From: Candidatus Andersenbacteria bacterium RIFCSPHIGHO2_02_FULL_46_16
Lineage (GTDB): Bacteria; Patescibacteriota; Andersenbacteria; UBA10190
Reading direction: 5' to 3'
DNA: 64,000 nt
Assembly: GCA_001817065.1 (NCBI GenBank)
Contig: MHHQ01000025.1
Coordinates: forward strand, 119,777-183,776
The position numbers were made by a program, and so were the translations under genes. Each line of letters opens with the position of its first letter. Positions within the stretch are counted from its first letter, which is position 1. The notes under the pieces are model-generated. The model made no database searches. It was not told where the DNA came from and saw nothing but the letters and a program-made list of their open reading frames with translations. Positions 44,719 to 54,669 of this stretch are shown piece by piece.

Positions 44719-44931
44719 TTACAGACCAAGCAGTAGTTTTATTAATGAAGACAGTCCTCCAAACACTGCTGCAACTACTGCTACGACAAATATAAATCGC
44801 ACCCCTTGATCACTGACACCATCCGTCATTACTACTTTAGTTTCCTGCTTACTTTTCCTTCTGTTTACACTCCTTCGCGATAATTTTGACCAGTCCGGCT
44901 TCCGCTGTCGTTCCCCATCTTGACGTGACAA
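44719..44931 (-). CDS. Small basic protein with C-terminal TM helix
   Basis: TTG start with AAGGAG SD 7 nt upstream, GTTCTTTT motif at 44954-44947, terminator AAGCTGG-AAAG-CCAGCTT-T run at the stop. Confidence 0.55.
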   Translation of the reverse strand: MSRQDGERQRKPDWSKLSRRSVNRRKSKQETKVVMTDGVSDQGVRFIFVVAVVAAVFGGLSSLIKLLLGL

Positions 44932-44977
44932 TTTTCATCTCCTTTCAAAAGAACCAAGCTGTCGCTACTAGTTATTT

Positions 44978-45496
44978 CTACCTGTCCCTGCGAATTTTAT
45001 CAATCAGGCCTGATGTCGAAAATTTATTTCTTTTCTGGATCTCATATCCCACGGTACCAATTTCCTGCATCACCGACCATTCTATCCATTGCTCCGCCTT
45101 ACCATATTCCCCGCCATTAGCATGTACGTGCGGTTGCACTGTTCGCAGCAATAATTTGGGCACCTCAATCTCATCTGCGTCGATTATTATTACATAGTCT
45201 ACACAACTAAGTGCCGCCAGCATTGCCGCCCGCGCCTCCTCAGTAAAGAAAGGGCGCTCCTTTCCCTTATACCCTCGGATCGATCGATCCGAATTAATAC
45301 CCACAAATAACACGTCTCCTTGCTTCTTCGCTGCTTCCAACTGATCCAAATGACCCACGTGCAATATATCAAACGCACCATTTACCGTAACCAGCTTTCT
45401 GCCATCTTTTTTAAATTTAGCCGCGTTTTTCTTAGCTTCCGCTAACGAAATAATTTTGTTCATTCGCCAATTTGTCTGGTCTAATGTTTCATCCAT
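44978..45496 (-). CDS. rfaE2: D-glycero-beta-D-manno-heptose 1-phosphate adenylyltransferase (RfaE domain II/HldC)
   Basis: NGAFDILHVGH, GINSD-S----KG--RP, L-CVDYV, STS-LI-KI. Confidence 0.88.
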   Translation of the reverse strand: MDETLDQTNWRMNKIISLAEAKKNAAKFKKDGRKLVTVNGAFDILHVGHLDQLEAAKKQGDVLFVGINSDRSIRGYKGKERPFFTEEARAAMLAALSCVDYVIIIDADEIEVPKLLLRTVQPHVHANGGEYGKAEQWIEWSVMQEIGTVGYEIQKRNKFSTSGLIDKIRRDR

Positions 45497-45515
45497 AAAT
45501 GTCTATTAATCACAT

Positions 45516-45604
45516 TAGACATGTTGCGAAAGTCTCAAAACACCCTCTGGGGACAGTATATAATGCTCCTAGAGCCCTAAATAAATCATTTCGCAACATG
45601 TCTA
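45516..45604. mobile_element. 89-bp MITE with perfect 16-bp TIR (IS5-like, TA ends)
   Basis: TAGACATGTTGCGAAA ... TTTCGCAACATGTCTA, between the gmhB stop and the rfaE2 start. Confidence 0.8.
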
Positions 45605-46165
45605 TTATTGTCTTGCCTTAAGTATCCACTTTGCTGCCTCATATAACGATTCGGCAATCATGTCTGGTTGCTTGGTTCTATTTACAATATCTGTATTAGC
45701 CCAGTATTTACTTTGAAGCAACCCTGTTTTTGTTCCGACGCTTTGTCCCATTTCCATGTCCAACAACTTATCACCGATCGTCCAACTCGTCGTAAAATCA
45801 ATCCCGCCCATTCTACGTTCCGCATCAATCATCATTCCTGTTCTTGGTTTACGGCAAGCGCATCTGCTATCTCGGGCGTGCGGACAATACATAATCAAAT
45901 CTATTATTACCCTTTCCTTCTTCAACTCTTGTTCCATGTGTTGATGCAAAACTTGCATGTCATGCAAAGTATAATAACCCTGTCCGATGCCGGATTGGTT
46001 CGTCACCACAATTAATTTGTACCCTTCCTCCTGAAACATCCGCAAAGCCTGTGGCACTTTCTCGTCAGCCCACTTCCAATCCTCCACACGATAAACATAC
46101 CCTAAATCAAAATTAATCGTTCCATCACGATCTAAAAAAATCGCTTTATTTTTATCTGTCTCCAT
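45605..46165 (-). CDS. gmhB: D-glycero-D-manno-heptose 1,7-bisphosphate phosphatase
   Basis: FLDRDGTIN, VTNQSGIG, CPH----C-CRKP--GM, IGDK--D; probable start METD at 46165. Confidence 0.9.
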   Translation of the reverse strand: METDKNKAIFLDRDGTINFDLGYVYRVEDWKWADEKVPQALRMFQEEGYKLIVVTNQSGIGQGYYTLHDMQVLHQHMEQELKKERVIIDLIMYCPHARDSRCACRKPRTGMMIDAERRMGGIDFTTSWTIGDKLLDMEMGQSVGTKTGLLQSKYWANTDIVNRTKQPDMIAESLYEAAKWILKARQ

Positions 46166-46206
46166 ATTGATTAGGGGTGGACGCAAAACAGCTTCAAGCG
46201 TGCTTG

Positions 46207-47238
46207 CTAAATAGCTTCGTCAACCATTTTTATTTCTGTCTGTTCGTCCTTTACGCCATTTTTAGTCAGCATCTCATATATCTCATCTGTGCTAATACCC
46301 ACACTCCCAACTTTGCTGACTACCACCGCACCTCCTGCGTTAGACAATTCGGCCGCTTCATTTTCACACGCGCCAGATAGCATGCTTAATAATAAAACTG
46401 CCGCTGCCGTATCACCCGCCCCCGACTCATCTGCTACCTCAATCACATTGCTTTGCGGAATATAATGACCATGCTCGCCGCCACAATAAACATATATCCC
46501 CTCTTTGCCCAATGTTAGGAACACGTTAGCGCACATTTTCACGTAGACCATTTTTGCTAATTCTGCCGGCGGGACTTGCTGCTCATGATAGTTCAAGCCG
46601 AGAAATTCATGCGCTTCTCTAACGTTGGGTGAAATAAAAGTTGCCCCTGTAAAATAACTCGCTCGTGATGGTTTCACATCAGCACCAACTAAGATGTCTC
46701 TTTGGCCTGCTTCATCTAACACCACTTCTGCAATCTTTTTTGTGACTAATCCTTTCGCATAATCAGACACAATAACTGCATCGACACCTTCCGCCATGAC
46801 TTTCCTGATTTCAGCTATCACTTTTTTCTCAATCTCGCTATTGATATCTTTAACCTCTTCAAAGTCTACTCTGAGCATATGCTGATTACCCACCAGATAT
46901 CTTTCCTTTCTGATCGACGGCCTTTCCTTGTCTCTAATTAGAATTGCCCGATAGCCTTCCTGATTAGCCGTTTCCTCAATCAGGGTGGCTGTTTCATCAT
47001 CTCCCACTACGCTAACTAAAATTGTCTCTGCCCCTAACCTTGCTAAGTTTTTTGCTGTATTGCCAGCTCCGCCTGTCTCTTCCCGCTCCCTTGTTGCTCT
47101 TAAAATTGGCACCGGTGCCTCTGGATTAATTCGTTCTACTACGCCATGGATATAGTGATCCAGCACAATGTCCCCCACCACCAACACCTTATGCTGGTCA
47201 AATTTTTTAATTAATTCTTTAGCCCTAGATAGTTCCAT
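46207..47238 (-). CDS. rfaE1: Heptose 7-phosphate kinase (RfaE domain I/HldA, PfkB family)
   Basis: VVGD--LDHY--G-V-RI-PEAPVP, GGAGN, LRVD-E, SDYAKG, D-SGAGDT; probable start MELS at 47238. Confidence 0.9.
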   Translation of the reverse strand: MELSRAKELIKKFDQHKVLVVGDIVLDHYIHGVVERINPEAPVPILRATREREETGGAGNTAKNLARLGAETILVSVVGDDETATLIEETANQEGYRAILIRDKERPSIRKERYLVGNQHMLRVDFEEVKDINSEIEKKVIAEIRKVMAEGVDAVIVSDYAKGLVTKKIAEVVLDEAGQRDILVGADVKPSRASYFTGATFISPNVREAHEFLGLNYHEQQVPPAELAKMVYVKMCANVFLTLGKEGIYVYCGGEHGHYIPQSNVIEVADESGAGDTAAAVLLLSMLSGACENEAAELSNAGGAVVVSKVGSVGISTDEIYEMLTKNGVKDEQTEIKMVDEAI

Positions 47239-47288
47239 AAATGAATTTGGAAAATGCATATTAAATCATTTATAAATAAATGTCAATA

Positions 47289-47861
47289 TTACTTACTTTC
47301 TTCTTCAAACTCCTCACATAAGAGGTGGATGGCATGCAAATGCAGCTCTTGTATCCGGGCCCCGATCGCACTCGGTGATATTATCGCTAAATCAGCCATG
47401 TCCTTAAAACTGCCCTGTGTGCCAGTTAACGCTATGATTGTCATCCCTCGCTCTCTAGCTTTTTCTGCCGCTCTCAATATATTCTTCGATGTTCCAGATG
47501 TGGTCAAGCCAATAAAAACATCCCCTTCTTGCCCCAGTGCTTCAATCTGCCGCGAAAAAATCTGATCATAGCCATAGTCGTTGCCGATGCATGTTATAAC
47601 TGCGCTATCCGCCGTCAATGCAATGACAGGGTAAGCCGTTCTATCCTTCTTGTACCGGCCAACCATCTCGTCTGATAAATGCTGAGCCTCTGCGGCTGAC
47701 CCGCCATTCCCAGCCACTAACACCTTACGCCCTTTCGCAAACACTTCCTTTAAGTGCCTAACAACGTTCTCGATCTGCTCGTGATATTCATCTAAGTCAT
47801 TCAAGACTTCTCGCAATTCATCAGAATGCTTAATAAATTTATTATGAGTCTTCTTAGTCAT
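47289..47861 (-). CDS. gmhA: Sedoheptulose 7-phosphate isomerase
   Basis: GNGGSAAEAQH, T--GNDYGY--IFSRQ, TTSGTS-N, RIQE-H. Confidence 0.94.
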   Translation of the reverse strand: MTKKTHNKFIKHSDELREVLNDLDEYHEQIENVVRHLKEVFAKGRKVLVAGNGGSAAEAQHLSDEMVGRYKKDRTAYPVIALTADSAVITCIGNDYGYDQIFSRQIEALGQEGDVFIGLTTSGTSKNILRAAEKARERGMTIIALTGTQGSFKDMADLAIISPSAIGARIQELHLHAIHLLCEEFEEESK

Positions 47862-47901
47862 GTCTTTTTACCTTATCTAATGATAAACATACTTCCGATC
47901 A

Positions 47902-48789
47902 CTACACTATCGAGCCACTATCGGCCTGCCTGTTACCCATCATACCCGCACCTAAATAGTCTGCCAGCGCATTTTGCCATGATCGTAACTGCGGACCTTT
48001 CTCGTTAAGTAACACGCTCCATGTCGGTCGCTTAGCCGGTCGCGAGGATTCTGTTGATGGCACTGGTATTACTGATACACCCCACTTTAAACTATTAAAT
48101 ATTTCTTCTGCCAGCGAAGACCAATTAGTGACTCCCTCATTGACCAAGTGATAAATACCTAAAGCCAACTTGTCCTCCACAATTTTCCTGGTTGCCTCTG
48201 CCAGATCGACCGTATATGTCGGACTCCCCCACTGATCATTGACCACCCGAATTTCTCGCTTGCCTTCTTCCGCCCTTATGATCTTTTCGCCCAGCTTTAT
48301 CATAGTATCCACAAAATTTCTTCCGCCCACCCCATATAACCAGGCTGTCCTGATTAGGTAAAAATTTGGACTAATCTCTTTCAGTAATCGCTCACCAGCC
48401 AACTTTGTCTCGCCATAACAATTAACTGCCGGTCCCGGTAAATCATCTTCCCGATATCCTTTTTGGTTCGTTCCAGCAAATACATAATCAGTACTGTAAT
48501 GGATTAATATAGCTCCCAAGTCTTTTACGGCACGCGCCACGTTTCCAACGCCGTCTGCATTCACTGCCAACGCAACTGCACGATTGTTCTCCGCCCCATC
48601 AACGTTTGTATAAGCCGCCGCATTTATAACCAAGTTAGGCTTCAAGCCAAATATTGTCTTGCGCACCATATCCTCATCGATAATATCAATCTCTTCACTG
48701 TCCAGTGCCGTCACCTCACCCAACCTAATAAATTCTTTTTGTAGCGCACCACCTAGCATCCCTTTTGCTCCCAATATAACTATCCTCAT
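47902..48789 (-). CDS. rfbD: dTDP-4-dehydrorhamnose reductase
   Basis: GAKGMLG, NAAAYT-VD, STDYVF, YG-TKLAGE, DQWGSPT, RPA-RP. Confidence 0.93.
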   Translation of the reverse strand: MRIVILGAKGMLGGALQKEFIRLGEVTALDSEEIDIIDEDMVRKTIFGLKPNLVINAAAYTNVDGAENNRAVALAVNADGVGNVARAVKDLGAILIHYSTDYVFAGTNQKGYREDDLPGPAVNCYGETKLAGERLLKEISPNFYLIRTAWLYGVGGRNFVDTMIKLGEKIIRAEEGKREIRVVNDQWGSPTYTVDLAEATRKIVEDKLALGIYHLVNEGVTNWSSLAEEIFNSLKWGVSVIPVPSTESSRPAKRPTWSVLLNEKGPQLRSWQNALADYLGAGMMGNRQADSGSIV

Positions 48790-49000
48790 AAATTCTTGTT
48801 TCTATTTAATGCCAGCCTCAGCGTCAATTAACCATGAAACAATTTTAGCATACCAAAGCCTGCTCTGCGCAAACCATAACTATTCCCAACCGGCCAACTC
48901 TGCAAAACTCCAGACATTCCAAAATTACGCCTTTCTATCGCGTTTAAACAGCTTTATCTCCAAGCGCTCTTAGCCTTTTACTGCTAGCGAACTTAGAATA

Positions 49001-49870
49001 TTATTTCTCCAGCAACGCGTTCCAATCCTCAACAAACTTCTTCAAGCCGGCCTCCGTTAATTCATGCTGAATGTTATAGTCCTGCCACTCCTTCCCCATC
49101 TCCACCTGCTCATAAGGAATGCTTTGTCCTTTAAATTCATAAACAAATTCCTTTCCTGGCACTTCAAAACCATTTTGTGCCCACAGTTCAAACCGCTCTT
49201 TATTTATCGTGACCACATCAGCGCCCACCCTGATTATCTCGTAAATATTCTCCAAGGTGCGAAAACTCGCCGCCAGCACCTTAACGTGTCCATCAGTATC
49301 TTCCATCATCTTCACAATATTTCCCACCAGCTCAGCTCCATTCTGTCCCCTGTCCTCAAAACGCCCGATAAACGGTGATATATAAACAGGTTCTGTTGCA
49401 CCGAGGGTTGCTTCATAAACCGCTGCTGCTTGCTGCTGTGAAAAACACAGCGTCATATTTAATCGCACTCGATCTTTAAGCTGCTCTGCCGCTTTCAATC
49501 CCTCTGCAATTATCGGTAATTTTATTCTGGCTGTAGGTATCCATTGGCTCATAATTTCCGCCTGCTTGACCATCGCACCAGCGGAGGTGTTTTTATCAGC
49601 AAACACCTCTACTGAAATATCTCCTCCCGGTATTATCTTCTCCAACTCTCGCACTGTTTGCTGATAGACCGCCAATAAATCTTGCTCGAAGTATTTCTCT
49701 CCGGTAGCGATTTTTTTCTTCACTGCCGGATTCATTGCAAAATACGAGGGGTTGGTGGTAGCCCCATCCAATCCCGCATAATCCTCCTTCTGCAATAAAT
49801 CCTGGATTGCTTGCGCCTCGTTGGGATCACCCGTATCAACTAATAATTTTGCTTTGATTAATCTTTTCAT
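49001..49870 (-). CDS. tal: Transaldolase family protein
   Basis: LVDTG, GATTNPS, IKLP (Schiff-base Lys), NMTLCFS, YISPFIGR, LAASFR. Confidence 0.88.
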   Translation of the reverse strand: MKRLIKAKLLVDTGDPNEAQAIQDLLQKEDYAGLDGATTNPSYFAMNPAVKKKIATGEKYFEQDLLAVYQQTVRELEKIIPGGDISVEVFADKNTSAGAMVKQAEIMSQWIPTARIKLPIIAEGLKAAEQLKDRVRLNMTLCFSQQQAAAVYEATLGATEPVYISPFIGRFEDRGQNGAELVGNIVKMMEDTDGHVKVLAASFRTLENIYEIIRVGADVVTINKERFELWAQNGFEVPGKEFVYEFKGQSIPYEQVEMGKEWQDYNIQHELTEAGLKKFVEDWNALLEK

Positions 49871-49887
49871 AATAACTAATACAAGTA

Positions 49888-50850
49888 TTAATTGTTAACG
49901 ATTTGCTGGACTGCCCTCACTATCCCCGCCGCGTCAATACCAAGTCTGGCTGTCAGTTGGGGGTATGTACCCGATTCGCCAAATTGTGTTACTCCGACTC
50001 GCCTCAGTAATGTCGGCTGTTCCTCACCCAGCACTTCCGCCACTGCCGACCCTAAACCGCCATTAATATTATGGTCCTCAACAGTTACCACTCTTTTTGT
50101 CTTCTGCGCCGATTTTATAATCGTTTCTTTATCTAATGGCTTAATGGTATGCACTCCGATTACTTCAGCATTAATGCCGGCTATTTTCAATTGCTCGCGG
50201 GCCGTTAGTGCCATCACCGTACTAGGCCCGGCTGCAACAATAGTAACATCATTGCCTGTCCGATGGATATTCGCCTGCCCTATTTTAAAAACGTCATCCT
50301 TACCAGTAAAGACAGCCGTGGCTTCACGGTATAAACGCAAGTATACCGGACCATCGAGCGTAGCGGCTGCCCTAAACGCCCACTCGGTCTGATTAGCATC
50401 AACCGGATATATAATCGTCATGTTTGGCAACGCCCGCATATAGGCGATGTCTTCTAAAGCATGCGCTGATCCACCATCCAATGCATTAGATACGCCGCCA
50501 TGCGACCCGACCATTACTGCATGCAAATTATTCTGGCAAATTTGCATCCGGATATGATCAAACGCCCTGGTCATAAAGACGGCAAAGGTTCCCGCGACCG
50601 GCACAAATCCTCCCAGTGCTAAACCGGCCGCTATTCCCACCATATTAGCTTCTGCAACACCGATATCAAAAAATCTTTCGGGCATTTCCTCTTGGATTTT
50701 TAGCATCCGCAGACTTTCACCCAAATCAGCCGTTAAAGCCACCACGCTTTTATTTTCCTTCATCACCTCGTAAAGCGTTTCCCCAAACGCTTGTCTAGTA
50801 GCAATAAGCGCATGCTTTATTGGTTGTTTTAGTGGTTTTAAATTTTGCAT
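49888..50850 (-). CDS. Transketolase, C-terminal subunit
   Basis: ATRQAFG, ADL, GVAEANM---AAGLA, DG-S-H, EDH---GGLGSAVAE. Confidence 0.92.
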   Translation of the reverse strand: MQNLKPLKQPIKHALIATRQAFGETLYEVMKENKSVVALTADLGESLRMLKIQEEMPERFFDIGVAEANMVGIAAGLALGGFVPVAGTFAVFMTRAFDHIRMQICQNNLHAVMVGSHGGVSNALDGGSAHALEDIAYMRALPNMTIIYPVDANQTEWAFRAAATLDGPVYLRLYREATAVFTGKDDVFKIGQANIHRTGNDVTIVAAGPSTVMALTAREQLKIAGINAEVIGVHTIKPLDKETIIKSAQKTKRVVTVEDHNINGGLGSAVAEVLGEEQPTLLRRVGVTQFGESGTYPQLTARLGIDAAGIVRAVQQIVNN

Positions 50851-50883
50851 TGTTATTTTAAGTGTTTAGTTTTAGCTTTTTCA

Positions 50884-51702
50884 TTAGCTGCCCAACTCTT
50901 CCATCGCCATCTCGTATTGTTCTAGTGTTATTGCTCCGGCGTGCCAATGTTCGCTGTTTTCCATGAACGACACTCCTTTGCCTCGAACGGTGTGTGCAAT
51001 AATCACCGCCGGTTTCTTTATCCGCTGCGCCTTTACTAACGCTTTCCATATTGCCTTCAAATTATGTCCATCAATCTCCTGTACCTGCCACCCAAAAGCC
51101 CGGTACTTGGCGGCTAACGGATCCAATGTTGGCATAACTTTTTTAGTAAAACCATCAATTTGCATCCCGTTCTTATCCACCAGGGCAACCAGATTATCTA
51201 GTTTCTCTTTCGGCGCATACATGACCGCCTCCCATGTTGACCCCTCCTCTTGCTCGCCATCACTCATCATCACATACACCGATCTCTTATCGTTCTTTCT
51301 TAATTTACTTGCCAAAGCTAAACCAAGCCCCACCGACAACCCTTGGCCCAAACTGCCTGACGATATTTCCACCCCAGGTAAAGACCCCCGATGTGGATGC
51401 CCCTGTGCACCAGCGCCTAGTTGCCTCAGCTTCTTCAGCTCTGCTTTCGGAAAATAACCCCGCTCTGCTAAAACAGCGTACAAAGCTGGACAAGCGTGGC
51501 CATTGCTTAATATAAAATAATCTCTGTTTTCCATATCTGATTTTACCGGATCGTGCCTCAGTAAGCCGCTAAAAAATAATGTGACTAACAAATCCATGCC
51601 AGACAAAGAGCTACCCGGATGCCCAGACTGCGCTGCATACAACATTTCAATTACCTGCTTCCGCAGCCCTCGAGCCTTTTCTTCTAAATGTTTAACGTCC
51701 AT
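50884..51702 (-). CDS. Transketolase, N-terminal subunit
   Basis: SGHPGSSLS, LS-GHA-P, QGHP, GSLGQG, DGEQEEG--WEA, KG-SFME----WH. Confidence 0.93.
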   Translation of the reverse strand: MDVKHLEEKARGLRKQVIEMLYAAQSGHPGSSLSGMDLLVTLFFSGLLRHDPVKSDMENRDYFILSNGHACPALYAVLAERGYFPKAELKKLRQLGAGAQGHPHRGSLPGVEISSGSLGQGLSVGLGLALASKLRKNDKRSVYVMMSDGEQEEGSTWEAVMYAPKEKLDNLVALVDKNGMQIDGFTKKVMPTLDPLAAKYRAFGWQVQEIDGHNLKAIWKALVKAQRIKKPAVIIAHTVRGKGVSFMENSEHWHAGAITLEQYEMAMEELGS

Positions 51703-51807
51703 ATGTAAACATTATACTTTATCAACCATCCTACTATGAACATTTGCTTTTTCAAGGTCACACCACCACGCCTGGCCCTCTCCCCCCAAATATCCCCAAT
51801 CAATTAA

Positions 51808-52320
51808 TCATCTTGGCTTTACCGTCCAGTCAAAACTAATATTTGCATCATCATGCGCCAATCTAAACTCATCCTGCGGATCGTAAACCCGTGTCGTGGC
51901 ATACACTAGCCAAGCCGGCTCGTTGCCCAATACTTTATAACCATGCACCACTCCGTGCGGTATAAATAAAGTAACCGGCTTATGTTCTCCCATGGTTATT
52001 ACTTGCGTTATACCTTTAGTTGTTGCCGCCGCTCGCTGATCAAACAACACCGCCTGAATCATCCCTTTCATACAATACCATAAATCGTCCTGCTTTTCGT
52101 GGTAGTGGAAAGCCTTTATAACTCCCGGATAACTCATGGTCGTCGATAACTGCGAAACACTCTCTAAAACACTTTCCTTAGTTCGAAAGATTTCTCGAAA
52201 AAAGCCTCTGTCATCAGGCATAGTCTTTATTCCTTCCACCACTACACCTTCAATTTCACCCATTTTAGGAGCCTCCTTCCGTCTCTTTTCCTTGCCCTCT
52301 CTAGTTGTGCTATTTGCCAT
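51808..52320 (-). CDS. rfbC: dTDP-4-dehydrorhamnose 3,5-epimerase family
   Basis: DDRGFFRE, PGVIKAFHYH, IPHGVVHGY; true start may be MGEI at 52263. Confidence 0.8.
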   Translation of the reverse strand: MANSTTREGKEKRRKEAPKMGEIEGVVVEGIKTMPDDRGFFREIFRTKESVLESVSQLSTTMSYPGVIKAFHYHEKQDDLWYCMKGMIQAVLFDQRAAATTKGITQVITMGEHKPVTLFIPHGVVHGYKVLGNEPAWLVYATTRVYDPQDEFRLAHDDANISFDWTVKPR

Positions 52321-52337
52321 AATATATTCCTGCTTAC

Positions 52338-52715
52338 TTATTTATCTTGCTGTATTAATAAAAATTCGTCTAGTCGTTGTCTGGCCAGCTCTTTATGATC
52401 TTCTAATGACCATCCCTGCCTATCTCCTTCGCCTGACTCTTCCACTCCCATCATATCTCTAACCACATCTGCCCCCAACTTACTCTCGCCAACTACTCTG
52501 CTTTGCCCCATCTGTTCGTCACTGTCTGCCAAAGAAGCATTGGCCGTTTTCTGCAAAATAAACAAAGCATAAATACCCGCTGCTACTACCACCGCAAATA
52601 CCAATTTTCGCTCTCCCCATCCCAAGGTATAACCAATGCTCCAACCTATCACACTACACACCACCCCCCACAAAACGATTGCTAATATTCGGTATGTTTT
52701 AGCTTTAAATTGCAT
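52338..52715 (-). CDS. Hypothetical 2-TM protein
   Basis: 125-aa ORF in operon orientation with two N-terminal hydrophobic helices. Confidence 0.55.
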   Translation of the reverse strand: MQFKAKTYRILAIVLWGVVCSVIGWSIGYTLGWGERKLVFAVVVAAGIYALFILQKTANASLADSDEQMGQSRVVGESKLGADVVRDMMGVEESGEGDRQGWSLEDHKELARQRLDEFLLIQQDK

Positions 52716-52766
52716 ATTGTTTAGCTGCCTAATCTAACCTTATTCTGCGTCTAATGCAATACTTGA

Positions 52767-54632
52767 CTAATTATTATCATTCTTGAGCACTTCTATATAT
52801 ACTTTAGCTGGAATTTTAATGGTTGCCATGCCAGCCATTTTCTTCTTCCCTTTCTTTTGTTTGTCCAGTAGCTTTCTCTTTCTGGTAACATCTCCCCCAT
52901 ACAAATGCCCGGTGACATCCTTACGCATCGCCGATAACGTCTCTCGTGCCACCACGTCGCCACCCACCGCCGCTTGCAGGGGAACAGCAAACTGCTGCTT
53001 CGGTAAAACCTTTTTCAATCTTGCTACCATCCGCCGGCCTGTTCTCGCTGCTGCCTCACGCGGCACAATCACAGATAACGCTTCCACCACATCCTTGTTC
53101 ACCAGCATCTTCAATTTAACCACCTCCGCAACGTGCCAATCCCCCATCTCATAGCTCAGCGAGCCATAACCAGCGGTCACCGACTTCAATTGGTCATACA
53201 GGTCTACGACCAATTCCCTAAGCGGCATAGTATATTTCAGCATTACTCTTTCGGAACCAATATAATCCTGACTAACCAGTTCTCCTTCATTTTGTTTAAA
53301 CAATTCAAACACTGCCCCCATAAATTTCTTGGGCACAATAACTTCCGTCAGCACAAACTGTTCCTCCACTTGTACAATACTTGATCCATCCGGCCACTCC
53401 GCCGGTGTTTGTACCTCCCGGACCGTTCCATCAGATATTTGTACCCGATACAAAACGCTCGGCGTAGTCACCACCAGCTCCACGCCCCACTCACGCTGTA
53501 GTCTCTCCTGCACAATCTCTAAATGCAGCATTCCCAAAAAGCCACAGCGAAAGCCTCGCCCTAACGCCTCACTTTGCTCGGCTTGCACTTGCAAACTGGC
53601 ATCATTTAACTGCAATTCCTCTATCGCCTCCCGTAACTCTGGAAAATTATCTCCGTCCGCCGGATAAATACCGGCAAATAACTTAGGCTGGGGGACATCA
53701 AAACCAGGCAATGCTGTAAGCTTAGCCTTATCTTCTGCTCGTACCACCGTATCGCCTACCCGAGCTTGTCTGACATCTTTCAATCCGGTAGCAATATAAC
53801 CAATGTCTCCGGCCATTAAACTTTCCGCCTTCTGCCACTGCGGTTTCATCACACCTACTTCTACTGCATTATCTTTCATATCCGTTCCCATGAAAGATAT
53901 TTGATCACCACCTTTTATTGATCCCTCCACCACGCGCACATAAGCCACGACGCCCTTATATTCATCATAGATCGAATCAAAAATCAAAGCGCGCAACGGT
54001 TTCTCCTTGTCCTGTTTAGCAACCGGCACACGTTTGACTATTTCTTTAATAACCTTTTCTACCCCCTGGCCTGTCTTCGCCGAGATTGTTAAAATATCAT
54101 CACCCCTGCCGCCAATTAAATCGACGATCTCTTGTTTTACTTCATCAACCTGCGCTGCCGGCAAATCAATCTTATTTATTACCGGTATAATCTCTAAGCC
54201 AGCCTCAACTGCCAGATATAAATTGCTGATTGTTTGTGCCTGCACGCCCTGCGTTGCATCTACCAGCAGCACTGCTCCCTCGACGGCTTGTAAACTGCGC
54301 GACACCTCATACTGAAAATCTACGTGTCCCGGCGTATCAATTAAATTCAATATATGCTCATGATTTCGCGAATCTGCATCCGCCACATTCTCAGCGGGTA
54401 TCATTGGTGTCTCAGTGCTATCCAGCACCTCATCCCAAAGCATTGTTACCGGCTGTAATTTGATGGTAATTCCCTTCTCGCGCTCCAGGTCCATCTGATC
54501 CAGCAGCTGGTCGCGCATTTTTCGCGCTTCCACGGTATGGGTTAATTCCAGCAGCCGGTCTGCCAAGGTAGATTTACCGTGGTCAATATGCGCTACAATG
54601 CAAAAATTATGGATATTTTTCCCTTTCATCAT
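52767..54632 (-). CDS. lepA: Elongation factor 4 (LepA)
   Basis: AHIDHGKSTLADR, ERE-GITIK, DTPGHVDF, NKID, GFLGMLH, RKDV---LYGGD-TRKRKLL-KQK-GK. Confidence 0.97.
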   Translation of the reverse strand: MMKGKNIHNFCIVAHIDHGKSTLADRLLELTHTVEARKMRDQLLDQMDLEREKGITIKLQPVTMLWDEVLDSTETPMIPAENVADADSRNHEHILNLIDTPGHVDFQYEVSRSLQAVEGAVLLVDATQGVQAQTISNLYLAVEAGLEIIPVINKIDLPAAQVDEVKQEIVDLIGGRGDDILTISAKTGQGVEKVIKEIVKRVPVAKQDKEKPLRALIFDSIYDEYKGVVAYVRVVEGSIKGGDQISFMGTDMKDNAVEVGVMKPQWQKAESLMAGDIGYIATGLKDVRQARVGDTVVRAEDKAKLTALPGFDVPQPKLFAGIYPADGDNFPELREAIEELQLNDASLQVQAEQSEALGRGFRCGFLGMLHLEIVQERLQREWGVELVVTTPSVLYRVQISDGTVREVQTPAEWPDGSSIVQVEEQFVLTEVIVPKKFMGAVFELFKQNEGELVSQDYIGSERVMLKYTMPLRELVVDLYDQLKSVTAGYGSLSYEMGDWHVAEVVKLKMLVNKDVVEALSVIVPREAAARTGRRMVARLKKVLPKQQFAVPLQAAVGGDVVARETLSAMRKDVTGHLYGGDVTRKRKLLDKQKKGKKKMAGMATIKIPAKVYIEVLKNDNN

Positions 54633-54669
54633 GACAGGAACATATCACGGCCTTCCTCTTAAAGCAAAG

